From IMG/VR virus record IMGVR_UViG_3300037762_000135, positions 1-57,020 of that record: a stretch of 57,020 bases of DNA. One strand, 5' to 3'. Position 1 is the first letter of the stretch; the number at the start of each line of letters is the position of its first letter. Shown here one piece after another: positions 9,920 through 18,798 of the stretch. The position numbers and the translations under genes are program-made. The notes beneath the pieces are model-generated. The model had not been told where the DNA came from. It made no database searches and saw only the letters and a list, made by a program, of their open reading frames with translations. Source of the DNA: a virus (lineage: Duplodnaviria > Caudoviricetes).

Positions 9920-10099
9920 GTGGAATCGTGGGGAATTATTCCCAGGAGTGAGCGCATTTTCGTTGACGGCGGCTCATTGTTGGTTTATGACGAAAACGAC
10001 CGGCTGATTATCGCCTACGCGCCGGGTGAGTGGGTAGAGTGCATTGACGTTAGTTTGTTCGAGGAAATGCATCCTAGTACGCCGCTAGGTGGTGAATGA
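9920..10099 (+). CDS. Hypothetical protein (start uncertain)
   Basis: Phage-like DGGSLLVYD...IAYAPGEW segment; stop overlaps the next ATG. Confidence 0.4.
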   Translation: MESWGIIPRSERIFVDGGSLLVYDENDRLIIAYAPGEWVECIDVSLFEEMHPSTPLGGE

Positions 10100-10503
10100 T
10101 AGTCCACGCCTGCCAAACGGCCGTATGCGCCATCATGCTATTTAGCGGCGCTGTGGAAACGGTAACGGCCGTGCCTACCCATACCGGCTACCTCAGTGCC
10201 TACGGCCGTTTACCGACCGATGCCACGATTGATTACCGTCAATCAGTCGGTGACATTCCGCAGGATTTGAGCGGCTATGACGTACTCATTGCGGTGTCTG
10301 ATTGTCGGCTGATTGGCAAGACGGGCGTGCTGTATACGGCCGTGGGTGCGCTTCGTGCGCTGGTGATTGATTGCGCGGGTAACGATGGCACACCCGCATG
10401 GATGTTTGAAAACAGCATTATCGCAGAGATTGATTGGTATTCATGGCAGCGCTGGCCAGGGCTTGTGGGAAGCGAGGCCGTGCTGGTGATGGAAGGGGGA
10501 TAG
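10096..10503 (+). CDS. Secreted protein, possible RlpA/3D-like double-psi beta-barrel lytic protein
   Basis: Signal-like N-terminus; S.Y, IAV and ALVIDC motifs; lysis region. Confidence 0.4.
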   Translation: MIVHACQTAVCAIMLFSGAVETVTAVPTHTGYLSAYGRLPTDATIDYRQSVGDIPQDLSGYDVLIAVSDCRLIGKTGVLYTAVGALRALVIDCAGNDGTPAWMFENSIIAEIDWYSWQRWPGLVGSEAVLVMEGG

Positions 10504-10695
10504 ATGGCAGCCTGTGAAGATTGCAACAAGCTATACAGTCATTTTGGCATTGATACCACGCTATCAAATGAGCAGTGGTTAATGATTCACCCGGAAAGCT
10601 CAGAGGGTATTCTTTGTGCAAATTGCATTGTTGAGCGTGCAAGTAGATTATCGGGCGTTATTGCAGCACGTATGAGATTGGATTTTGGTGAATGA
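10504..10695 (+). CDS. Small Zn-finger protein
   Basis: CxxC...GILCxxC. Confidence 0.5.
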   Translation: MAACEDCNKLYSHFGIDTTLSNEQWLMIHPESSEGILCANCIVERASRLSGVIAARMRLDFGE

Positions 10696-10808
10696 TGGCT
10701 TCTTTAATTGGTGCTCATTTTCGTAGTAACGGCATTAAACAGCTACCCGCGCGGGTGGTCTTGTCCCTCAACGGCGTGGGCTTGGGTGGTGACGAAACGC
10801 ACCAGGCG

Positions 10809-11426
10809 CTAAAACAACTCTGGCTGTATCCAGCGTTTTGTGTTTTTCTTTGTTCTGTAGTCAATCACCTTGATGCCTTTAGATGCATTACAAGAAAGAC
10901 ACAAGCCCTGAATGTTGTCAATATTTGTAGACCCCCCCAACGCGATGGGCACTACATGATCGGCTGTGAGCTTTTTTCTTTTTCCACATGCAAGACACCG
11001 GTAATTTTGCCGTTTACAAAGCGCCTGCCATTCATACACAGTGAAGCTGCCTCCCGCCTTTTTCTTTTTGGCGCGTCTCTTGTGTTGTATAGCCTTTACT
11101 CTATCTGGATTGTCTTTTGCCCACTTAATTGCTCTTTTTCTTACCTTTTCCGCGAATCTGTGTTTGTTTTTACCGTACCATTTCCTGTAGGAGTCTTTAA
11201 CAGCTTGCGGTCTTTTTTCGCGCTGCCTTCTCGCGCTATTTCTGTAATACTCACTCGCTCTTTCCGGGTGTTCTTTAGCCCACTTCTTTCCGGTAGCCAA
11301 CATTTTTTCTTTGTTATTTTTGTACCACTTGTGGGCGTGCCGCTTTTGACATTCTATACATTTTCCGCTTGCATACCATGCAGAAGTGCCGCATCCCCTA
11401 CATGGCAACCCATCCCTTTTAGTCAT
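10809..11426 (-). CDS. HNH endonuclease
   Basis: CLAC..LTADHVVP...GG.TN..NIQGLC..CN..KG; GGAG RBS before the ATG at 11426. Confidence 0.9.
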   Translation of the reverse strand: MTKRDGLPCRGCGTSAWYASGKCIECQKRHAHKWYKNNKEKMLATGKKWAKEHPERASEYYRNSARRQREKRPQAVKDSYRKWYGKNKHRFAEKVRKRAIKWAKDNPDRVKAIQHKRRAKKKKAGGSFTVYEWQALCKRQNYRCLACGKRKKLTADHVVPIALGGSTNIDNIQGLCLSCNASKGIKVIDYRTKKNTKRWIQPELF

Positions 11427-11546
11427 GTCGCACTTTCTCCAATAAAAAAGCCCCTCATGGTTTTGCTGAAAGTGCGACCAAACAGCTACCACAAGGGGCT
11501 AGTTTTCTATTGTATGTCGCTGTTTGGCCGCAAGCAAATTATACCA
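11427..11546 (-). ncRNA. Structured attenuator / antisense-type leader with extended -10 promoter
   Basis: TGGTATAAT at 11538-11546; 13-bp hairpin 11449-11461/11488-11500 plus U-tract; loop complementary to both the 5' segment and the RBS region. Confidence 0.75.
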
Positions 11547-11559
11547 CAAAAGAGGTTGC

Positions 11560-13836
11560 ATGGCTGCTTACAATAAAGTTTTTTTTCACGCTGGTCCTGT
11601 TTGTTCCTGCACCGGCATTGGCGATCTGTTTGGTGATTTGGATGAGGCCAATATCCCGTTTGGGCATAAAACGGCCGATGAATACGGCACGGCATGGGAA
11701 GCATCACAATACGCCAATGCCACTACCGTTTGGCGACTGACAACGAAGGGGCAGAATGACGGCCGTGATTATGACGTACCTGATTACAGCTTGCCCCCAG
11801 CTGATGCAGCGTTAAAGCATTGGTTAATCACCAAAGCAAAACTACCGCCCGAATTCAACAAGAACACGTGGATCGAACCAATAAACGAGGTAGACAAGGA
11901 GCGCGCCGATTGGCTGGGCTATTTCGCGCTGGCCATTGCTAGTATGGCAAATGGTGAGGGCTACAAAGTTTCGCTGTTTGCTTTTTCCGCTGGTGAGCCA
12001 GAGGCTGACGATTGGGAAACGCCGGGGATGCTTGCCTATCTGGAATACTGCGCAGACCATCCCAACGAAGCGGCCGTATCGCTCCATGAATACAGTCTGA
12101 CCAAAGCGGATTTGTTTGAGGGCTTTCCTTACCTTGTCGGCCGTTTTCAATTCCTGCATGATGTCTGTGATGACCACGGCATAGCACGGCCTACCATTTT
12201 TATTAGTGAGTTTGGCTGGGAATATCAGAACGTGCCAGACGTACCGCAGGCAATGGCGGAAATTACCCTGGCTGCTTCACTTTACGCAGCGCACCCTAAT
12301 ATTGAGTTTGCCGCAATTTGGTATTTGGGCGGCGGTTCCAACTGGCCGAACATTGGCCAACAAACGCAACGGTTAATTGAGCCAATCAAAAATTATTCAT
12401 TGACGGCGGAGTTTCCAGACCCGCCAGAACAACCAGAGGAGCCACCAATGGACTGTAACCCAAGAGTACCCTACTCCCGTAAATACCTAGTCGCACCGCA
12501 GGACGCCACGCTAGCCGAATGGATCGCAATCTGCGAGGCTGCTTTTCCCGGCCGCAACAGCGTGACATTCAGCTATGACGATGCGGGCCACGCGCCGGGC
12601 GTGACATCCAATACGGCCGTATTGCACGGCATCCCTGTGGAGCTTCAGCAGTTATTTATAGATTGGTACGCGGGTCATTACCCAGGAACGGCCGTTGAGT
12701 TTGCCGATGAACCGGCTCCCCCTGCCCCGCCGTTGGTGAATCTCATTTACCGACCGTGTCAGACAACCAACGTCACGCAATCATTCGGCGCGAATCCAGG
12801 AAGCTATGATGATTTTGGCCTGCCGGGTCACGACGGCACCGATTACGGAGTGGGCAAAGATTTGCCGTTTTACGCTGCTGCTGCTGGCACCGTGGTACAC
12901 GCCAGTGATAGAAAATGGTCGAACAACACGGCTAGCGGCTACGGTTGGCACGTGGTGCTAAATCATGGCGACTATTGCACCGTGTATGCTCACGCACGGC
13001 CTGATTTGCCGGTGAGCCTGGGGCAGCCGGTAGCAGCGGGTCAAATCGTTGGCTACAGCGGCAATACGGGCAACAGCACGGGCTATCACCTGCACTTTGG
13101 CGTACTGGACAAGACCGGCACAATTGACCCTAACAATGACTACCCTGTTTGGTTTCACGGCCGTCCGGTCAATCCCTGGCCGTTTGTGCAGGGCAAGCCA
13201 GCGCCACAGGTCGCGCCTCCCCCTGCCCCTACAATCGACCTGCTGCCGTACTTCCAGCCATCGGGTCAGTACGGCCGTTACGTCGTTTTCCATTTCACCG
13301 ACGGCCGTACCCAGGCGCAGCAAATGGAAAAACTCCCAAACGGCCGTACAATTCTCTGGAAAGGTGAGGGGCAATGGTTTGACAACAAACAGGTTTTTGA
13401 TTACGAAGAGGTTTTTGTTGACTCTGCGGGCGTTAAAAAGTTCACGGATACCAGCAGCGGCGGCCGTAGCGCCTACGATTTAGACGGCATCGTCTGGCTG
13501 CCTCGTATGGTTGAAGTTGGCAAGGTCTACCAGTCATCTCCCACCGTGCGAGAGTTTGACCGGGTAACGTGCCAGACAACAGCCAGCAATCAAACGGTGG
13601 ATTACATCTATGTCAAGGCGCTGCTTCCTGTCTGGACAAGTCCGGTCAATCCCGCAATATCATTTGAAAAAGTCTTGGTTTGCGAATGGCGCAAAACACC
13701 GGACATTAACACGCCAGCTATCGAGGTTTACAAACTGGCTCCGGACGTGATGTATTGCGAATGGAATAACGGCGCCGTGGGCGAATTACCAGAAGGGCGG
13801 CAGCCACTCAGTTTTCAGTTGACAAACTGTGTCTGA
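11560..13836 (+). CDS. Multidomain endolysin: GH clan-A-like TIM barrel plus M23 peptidase plus unknown domains
   Basis: EPINE, LHEY and ISEFG glycoside-hydrolase motifs; HDGTD, YAH and STGYHLHF M23 motifs; Pro-rich linkers; AGAGG RBS. Confidence 0.8.
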   Translation: MAAYNKVFFHAGPVCSCTGIGDLFGDLDEANIPFGHKTADEYGTAWEASQYANATTVWRLTTKGQNDGRDYDVPDYSLPPADAALKHWLITKAKLPPEFNKNTWIEPINEVDKERADWLGYFALAIASMANGEGYKVSLFAFSAGEPEADDWETPGMLAYLEYCADHPNEAAVSLHEYSLTKADLFEGFPYLVGRFQFLHDVCDDHGIARPTIFISEFGWEYQNVPDVPQAMAEITLAASLYAAHPNIEFAAIWYLGGGSNWPNIGQQTQRLIEPIKNYSLTAEFPDPPEQPEEPPMDCNPRVPYSRKYLVAPQDATLAEWIAICEAAFPGRNSVTFSYDDAGHAPGVTSNTAVLHGIPVELQQLFIDWYAGHYPGTAVEFADEPAPPAPPLVNLIYRPCQTTNVTQSFGANPGSYDDFGLPGHDGTDYGVGKDLPFYAAAAGTVVHASDRKWSNNTASGYGWHVVLNHGDYCTVYAHARPDLPVSLGQPVAAGQIVGYSGNTGNSTGYHLHFGVLDKTGTIDPNNDYPVWFHGRPVNPWPFVQGKPAPQVAPPPAPTIDLLPYFQPSGQYGRYVVFHFTDGRTQAQQMEKLPNGRTILWKGEGQWFDNKQVFDYEEVFVDSAGVKKFTDTSSGGRSAYDLDGIVWLPRMVEVGKVYQSSPTVREFDRVTCQTTASNQTVDYIYVKALLPVWTSPVNPAISFEKVLVCEWRKTPDINTPAIEVYKLAPDVMYCEWNNGAVGELPEGRQPLSFQLTNCV

Positions 13837-14077
13837 CCTAATCCGCCTCTCAGACCGTGAGCGCGAAATCCTCCAATGGGCCGCAAACGGTCTAAGCAAC
13901 AAGCAGATCGCGCAGCACCTGGGCATTGAGGTGCGCACGGTCCGCAATCACCTGTACAATGTTGGTAAGTTGTACGGCACGAACGGCCGTTTGCAGTCGG
14001 TGATTTACGGGATTGGGTTGGGGGATGTGAATCTTAGCGTGGCGCTGTGGAACGTGCGGCGGGGGCGGTCGAAATGA
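13829..14077 (+). CDS. Stand-alone LuxR/GerE-type HTH regulator
   Basis: LSDREREIL..AANGLSNKQIA..LGI..RTVRNHL. Confidence 0.9.
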   Translation: MSDLIRLSDREREILQWAANGLSNKQIAQHLGIEVRTVRNHLYNVGKLYGTNGRLQSVIYGIGLGDVNLSVALWNVRRGRSK

Positions 14078-14107
14078 AAAGTGCCCGGCGGGGTGCCGGG
14101 CACTTTT
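14077..14107. terminator. Bidirectional intrinsic terminator
   Basis: AAAAGTGCCCGGC-N5-GCCGGGCACTTTT between convergent genes. Confidence 0.85.
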
Positions 14108-14111
14108 ATTA

Positions 14112-14336
14112 CTATGGTCCCCAACCGTTGGGCCACGTGATGTTTCCCGACTCCCTTGGGGAGTCGGAAACGAGAAATAATGAATTTCTGTTTCCTCGCT
14201 CCATCATATTTTTTGTGACCAGTTGGTCACGCCAGCCAGCTGGTAACTCGGACAGAGGCACCTGCGTCTCTGTCCCTTCCAGTCGTGCCGTCGTGCAACG
14301 GCCGTTGTTGCTTTGTGTCACTACGTATTTTGACAT
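14112..14336 (-). CDS. Hypothetical protein
   Basis: AAAGGA RBS. Confidence 0.55.
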   Translation of the reverse strand: MSKYVVTQSNNGRCTTARLEGTETQVPLSELPAGWRDQLVTKNMMERGNRNSLFLVSDSPRESGNITWPNGWGP

Positions 14337-14399
14337 TTCGTTCCTTTTACCCCTACCCTTTCGGGCTACCGACTGCGAGGGCTAGCCGGGCTGATTGGT

Positions 14400-14609
14400 T
14401 TACTTTTCAAAATAATCTTTATTCGGTTGCAGGTCCACAATGTGAGCCTGCGTGATGATGATTTTGCCGCCTTCGATGGCGTCCATGAAATCATCTATCT
14501 CCGTGCCGCCGTGCCCCCCTACGCTGTAGCCAAAATCCTTGGCTACTTTGCGTAAAATGCGGAGGGCGCGACGGGTGCGGGCTTCGTAGGTGGCTTGTTT
14601 GGTTACCAT
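14400..14609 (-). CDS. Hypothetical protein, possibly RHH-like DNA-binding
   Basis: Overlaps the upstream gene; strand-helix-helix pattern. Confidence 0.45.
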   Translation of the reverse strand: MVTKQATYEARTRRALRILRKVAKDFGYSVGGHGGTEIDDFMDAIEGGKIIITQAHIVDLQPNKDYFEK

Positions 14610-14809
14610 TCTTGCTCTTGCTTGCGGACACCGCTGCGAGTTACGCGGTAGGTGCCTTGGCCATCTGTGACCGTGGCGTTTGCTCCGACACCGAATGCGA
14701 TGTCACGAGCTGCCTTTGCCATACGAGCGTTGAGCGCGTCGCCGTTGCTGGCATTGTTCAGATTAACTTGAGTTTGACCGCTTACTGATTTGACTGTTAC
14801 TTGTTTCAT
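14603..14809 (-). CDS. Hypothetical protein
   Basis: AGGAG RBS downstream of a consensus promoter. Confidence 0.6.
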   Translation of the reverse strand: MKQVTVKSVSGQTQVNLNNASNGDALNARMAKAARDIAFGVGANATVTDGQGTYRVTRSGVRKQEQEW

Positions 14810-14848
14810 TTCAATCTCCTATCTGCTGTTGATTACTGAATTAAAGGA

Positions 14849-14877
14849 ATTGTATCATAGTACATGTACTTTGGCAA
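14849..14877 (-). promoter_or_regulatory. Sigma70-type promoter with palindromic operator
   Basis: TTGCCA-17-TACAAT; perfect palindrome AGTACATGTACT (14859-14870) in the spacer. Confidence 0.8.
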
Positions 14878-14933
14878 CCACAAAAGGTACTATTAACCTT
14901 AAATTTTTCTACCAATCTCAAAACTCGTTTGGC

Positions 14934-14965
14934 AAGAAAAAACCCGACACGTTGTCGCGCCGGGC
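14934..14965 (-). terminator. Intrinsic terminator of the left operon
   Basis: GCCCGGCGCG-N4-CGTGTCGGGT followed by a U-tract on the minus strand. Confidence 0.7.
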
Positions 14966-14991
14966 CTTGTGCCTCTAGGAAGGAGTTGGGG

Positions 14992-15273
14992 TTATTCCAT
15001 AGGCAGCTCCTTTGGCGCTTCGAGCCACTCATCAACGTGTTCATCCGGGCCACTAAAATACATAATCCAGCCGTGGGTGCTATCTAGAGATGGGTAGATA
15101 TTTTCATCGCCCGCCAACTCGTCGGGGATAAGGGCGCATAAGCTGTGACCCGGCTGCACCTGCCCCTCGTCCTGGCATTGACTGCACCCGGCGGGCGCGT
15201 CGATGATGACGGCCGTCTCTGGTGTTTCATAATCATGCAAAACAACTTCTCTAACTGAATAACCTTTGTACAT
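14992..15273 (-). CDS. Hypothetical protein
   Basis: GAGG RBS; operon context. Confidence 0.55.
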   Translation of the reverse strand: MYKGYSVREVVLHDYETPETAVIIDAPAGCSQCQDEGQVQPGHSLCALIPDELAGDENIYPSLDSTHGWIMYFSGPDEHVDEWLEAPKELPME

Positions 15274-15282
15274 TTCAATCCT

Positions 15283-15576
15283 CTAGGTATTCTCCCTAAG
15301 CTCGGACTCGACGAAATTCAAGAGCCATTCAATGTTCCGAAACGAAGCAGGTCCAATCCACGCTCCTGCCTTTTTCTTGATGGTATGTAATTCGCGCTCC
15401 ATAAGCATTAGTGCGCTTGAATACGTCAATTTCAATGGGTAGTTTCCTACAACATTGACCTGAAAACGCTCTCTGGTGAAAAGTTCTTCGTAATAATAGG
15501 TTTGCTCTGTCCGGTCGATAACCCGACAAAGACGGTTGCTTGTTCTGACATAGTCCCCAACATTTGCTATTGCCAT
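15283..15576 (-). CDS. Hypothetical protein
   Basis: AAAGGA RBS. Confidence 0.55.
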   Translation of the reverse strand: MAIANVGDYVRTSNRLCRVIDRTEQTYYYEELFTRERFQVNVVGNYPLKLTYSSALMLMERELHTIKKKAGAWIGPASFRNIEWLLNFVESELRENT

Positions 15577-15606
15577 TTTCAGTTCCTTTGGCCATACGGC
15601 CGTTTG

Positions 15607-15924
15607 CTATCTCATCATATTTCGCGCTTGGTATGCCTCCACGCGGTCAGCCAGTTTCTCAACAGTGCTTTCCAATTTAGCGATCCGGTCTTCCAGAGCC
15701 AGTGTATATTTAGCGGTCTTGAAGCTGCATTCCAATCTGAACGCCTGGGCATCAATGCGCATGATGCGCTCGTAGTCCCATTTGTGTTCCATCTCCTTTC
15801 GGTATTTCGCCAGCTCCTCACGGTGAGCCTCGAAGCCCTCGGTGTCTTCGATGTCCCAACAAGGATCGGACTCCCAGTCTTTCTTCAGTTTGTCAATTTG
15901 TTTCTTTGATTTCAAGATTGCCAT
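15607..15924 (-). CDS. Conserved phage hypothetical protein (DPCWDIEDTEGF motif)
   Basis: AAAGGAG RBS; recognisable motif. Confidence 0.65.
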   Translation of the reverse strand: MAILKSKKQIDKLKKDWESDPCWDIEDTEGFEAHREELAKYRKEMEHKWDYERIMRIDAQAFRLECSFKTAKYTLALEDRIAKLESTVEKLADRVEAYQARNMMR

Positions 15925-15937
15925 TTCAGTCTCCTTT

Positions 15938-15965
15938 GCCGGTGATGACCCGCACCGGCTCGGGT
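15938..15965 (-). promoter_or_regulatory. H-type RNA pseudoknot directly upstream of an RBS
   Basis: ACCCG-A-GCCGGUG-CGGGU-CAU-CACCGGC-AAAGGAG. Confidence 0.6.
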
Positions 15966-15984
15966 TGCTCCTTTCTGGAGGCGG

Positions 15985-16836
15985 CTAGGCTGCTGCGTCC
16001 GCCTTAGCGTTTATACCATCAATCGCTTTTTGCCATTCAGCAAGCGTCAGGAGCTTGCTACTAGTGACACGGCCTTCACTCACATACTTTACTATTTTCG
16101 GCCGTTGCGTGTCCCATTCGTCGCCGTAAAAAGCAGACCCGGCGGCATGTAGTTGTTTCATTTGTGCCTCGCTGGGCTTTTGCTGTTCGGCCGTAACGGT
16201 CGCTGTTTTCGTGGGTTTTTTGGGCGTCGGCGAAACTTTGGGCACATCCTGATTGAAGTCGTTATCCGCTGCTGGGTTCGTTTGATTGAAATCGTCACGA
16301 ACAGTAAATGAACCATTCACAACGTTGCCATCCTCATCTACATCCGCACCCAATTCATCAGGCGTGTAAACTGGAGCGCCACCAAAGATGCCAGGTGCAA
16401 AGCGTCGCGATCCCCTGCTTATTGCGCGGGCAAAAAGCATATCACTGGCGTACTTTTTCCAGTTGTCTTTATTGGTTAATCCGGCCGTCTGCGCCTCTTT
16501 CATCGTGAAGCCAGCCTCGCCAACTTTTGCCCCGCCTTCGTACCATTCCAGAACGCAGGCCGTGTCATCTGCCTGCTTAATTCTGTAATCGTACCGTGGG
16601 TCATTTTTCACCAGAGTTGCCAGGACATTAGCCCCTAATACCGGCTTTCCCTGGATGACATAAATTCCTGTCATGCTGGCAAAAGGAGGTAGACCTAATT
16701 CTTTGCCGGCTTGAATCTTGACGAACGCCTGTGCAATATCTTTGGCATCGGTAAAATAACCACTTGCAACCATAGCTTTTGCAAAACGCTGCATAACATC
16801 AAATTCTTCTGTATTGAAAGTTACCAAACTATTCAT
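15985..16836 (-). CDS. RecT/Red-beta-type single-strand annealing recombinase
   Basis: KIQAGKELGLPP..SM.GI..IQGKP and NW.KY..DML.ARA motifs; ATGA overlap with the upstream HNH gene. Confidence 0.75.
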   Translation of the reverse strand: MNSLVTFNTEEFDVMQRFAKAMVASGYFTDAKDIAQAFVKIQAGKELGLPPFASMTGIYVIQGKPVLGANVLATLVKNDPRYDYRIKQADDTACVLEWYEGGAKVGEAGFTMKEAQTAGLTNKDNWKKYASDMLFARAISRGSRRFAPGIFGGAPVYTPDELGADVDEDGNVVNGSFTVRDDFNQTNPAADNDFNQDVPKVSPTPKKPTKTATVTAEQQKPSEAQMKQLHAAGSAFYGDEWDTQRPKIVKYVSEGRVTSSKLLTLAEWQKAIDGINAKADAAA

Positions 16837-17330
16837 TTGTTCCACCTTTGACCGTTTACAATTCGGCTCACTTGAGCTTCTGATAAATTAAACTTTTTAG
16901 CAATATCTCGTTGTGTCATATGCGACTTCATGGAAATAATCTGCACAACCTGAGCTTTGGTTATCTTTGCCATGCCGTGACGCTCGCCACCAACAAACCA
17001 CTTGCCTCTCGTTTTAATAGCATGGCCCGTGTTTTCTTTTGGTGTGACGTATTCTAGATTGCCGATCCTGTTATCTTGCCTGTTGCCGTTCTTGTGATTT
17101 ACGTGATCGGCTGACTCTCCCAAAAAAACAAGTGCGATTAGGCGATGTGCATAAAACACCTTCGACTGACCCGCCTTGTATAACCTAACTTGTAGATAGC
17201 CGTTTCGGTTCAAATCTTGCCGGAGAACACCGCCGTTTGTACCCAAACGAGGGTAACTCATGACATCGCCCTGGCGACTAACAGCATACAGGCCCTCGTA
17301 ACCCGGAACACCAAACCACCGATCTGTCAT
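16833..17330 (-). CDS. NUMOD4-HNH homing endonuclease with C-terminal HTH
   Basis: W..VPGYEGLYAVS NUMOD4; HRLIA..F..VNHKNGNRQDN...NLE. Confidence 0.92.
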   Translation of the reverse strand: MTDRWFGVPGYEGLYAVSRQGDVMSYPRLGTNGGVLRQDLNRNGYLQVRLYKAGQSKVFYAHRLIALVFLGESADHVNHKNGNRQDNRIGNLEYVTPKENTGHAIKTRGKWFVGGERHGMAKITKAQVVQIISMKSHMTQRDIAKKFNLSEAQVSRIVNGQRWNK

Positions 17331-17433
17331 TTTTCGCTCCTATTCATTTCTACGCATACCAACATAAACTGGTACGCTGCCTCAAAACCTTCTGAGAATA
17401 AAATCCAATCGAATATACTTTGCTGTCTTGGTG

Positions 17434-17751
17434 TCATCGGCGTCCCGTTCCCATGCGGACGCTGTACAGCGTGTCCTCGTAGTCGGCTTCCATGCGCTCT
17501 TGCCACTTTTGCTCAATGTACCCGGCGGCCTGCTGCTTAATCGCCGCCTCGTGACGTTTCGCCAGCAATTGTAAAACGTCATCCGTGATAAAATCATAGC
17601 GTAAGCGGCCGTCGCCATCTTTATAGAGCCGCACGTAGTCGCCGTCAAGTTCCAGGATGTCGCCGCTTTTGATGTCCTTGTTGCAGCACACCTGAGGCGT
17701 GTCGAATAATATAATACTGCCGTTGTGGAACCCAATTACTTTGTGTGTCAT
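17434..17751 (-). CDS. Hypothetical protein
   Basis: TAATG overlap; operon context. Confidence 0.55.
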   Translation of the reverse strand: MTHKVIGFHNGSIILFDTPQVCCNKDIKSGDILELDGDYVRLYKDGDGRLRYDFITDDVLQLLAKRHEAAIKQQAAGYIEQKWQERMEADYEDTLYSVRMGTGRR

Positions 17752-18077
17752 TAGATTGACTCCACCACAAAAGCCGGTTGCCCTTCCGTCGTGTACTCGC
17801 TGAGATTTTTCAATCCCATCTCGGCCGTGACCTTCGCCCAGCTGACCGTGACTTTTGTCTTGCTGTGCTTTTCAATGAGGCTATCCCAAGCGCCGTTCTC
17901 ATGCGCTGCCGCTTCGTGGTTCGTGCTTTTGCGCCCAGGCTTCATGTAGGCGCGAAAACCAAACCCTGCCACCTCGCCGCTAGTCTCCACCTGGAGACGC
18001 AGTTGCGCTTCTATTTCTTCCAGTTCGTTTTGAATTTCTGCCAACTCGCTTTTGAGTCTTGCGTATCTATCTAGCAT
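17751..18077 (-). CDS. Hypothetical coiled-coil protein
   Basis: GAGG RBS; operon context. Confidence 0.55.
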   Translation of the reverse strand: MLDRYARLKSELAEIQNELEEIEAQLRLQVETSGEVAGFGFRAYMKPGRKSTNHEAAAHENGAWDSLIEKHSKTKVTVSWAKVTAEMGLKNLSEYTTEGQPAFVVESI

Positions 18078-18250
18078 TATCGCCCCTCAGTCCACGTGTT
18101 GCCGCACAGGCTGCACGTGGCTATTGTGGTGCTTTTCGTTACGAGGACCGTACGGCCGTTCTTGTCACGGCCGCATTTTTGGCGGTCTACCTGCTGCTGC
18201 GTGGCCCGCCTGATGTAGGCAGGCCGTCGGCACTTTGGACAGGTTTCCAT
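18077..18250 (-). CDS. Small Zn-ribbon protein
   Basis: CPKC...CSLC; start inferred at the ATG at 18250. Confidence 0.5.
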   Translation of the reverse strand: METCPKCRRPAYIRRATQQQVDRQKCGRDKNGRTVLVTKSTTIATCSLCGNTWTEGR

Positions 18251-18407
18251 TAGTGCACCCCGCCAGTTAACGAAAATTGCGCTTGCTCGGCTATTAACTG
18301 CCGGTATCGTGGTGCCAATTCTGCATACGTCTGATCGTCGCCATTGCAATACGCCAGATGCATGAGGCGGACGATTGTCTGTAAGTCGTGGATTAGCTGT
18401 ACAGTCA

Positions 18408-18734
18408 TTAACGCACCGCCTGTGCCATTTTTTGGCGGTATGTGTCTGCGGCGATTGCGGCGGCGGCTTCACGGCCCCACGTCGCTTCACGCGCCTCGTA
18501 GGCCTTGTACGCAGCCTCAGAAGCGGTGGCCTCTGGTGACTTGAGTAGTGAACCGTCACGGCCGTTTACGTGGCCGATTGCCAGCATTGCCAGATAGGAG
18601 GCCGTCAGGCTATCGCGCCAAACCGTGTCCGTGGTGATGGCTAGCTCTGCCAAGTACCGGTTGGCATAGCGCCGAGCGCGCTGGCTGTTCTTGTTGCTGA
18701 AAAATTCGTCTGCGGTGTGCTGCTGTGCTATCAT
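18408..18734 (-). CDS. Hypothetical protein
   Basis: AAAGGA RBS. Confidence 0.55.
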   Translation of the reverse strand: MIAQQHTADEFFSNKNSQRARRYANRYLAELAITTDTVWRDSLTASYLAMLAIGHVNGRDGSLLKSPEATASEAAYKAYEAREATWGREAAAAIAADTYRQKMAQAVR

Positions 18735-18798
18735 TTCTACAAATCCTTTCTGGGTTTTGGCCGTCCTGTTCTTGGTGGAGTGGGGCGGCTTTTTTCGT

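Noticed and set aside
10692-11576. Long + strand ORF (294 aa); similarly 44906-45700(+) and 53684-54514(-)
   Set aside because: These are antisense shadows of HNH or tape measure genes with no recognisable motifs.
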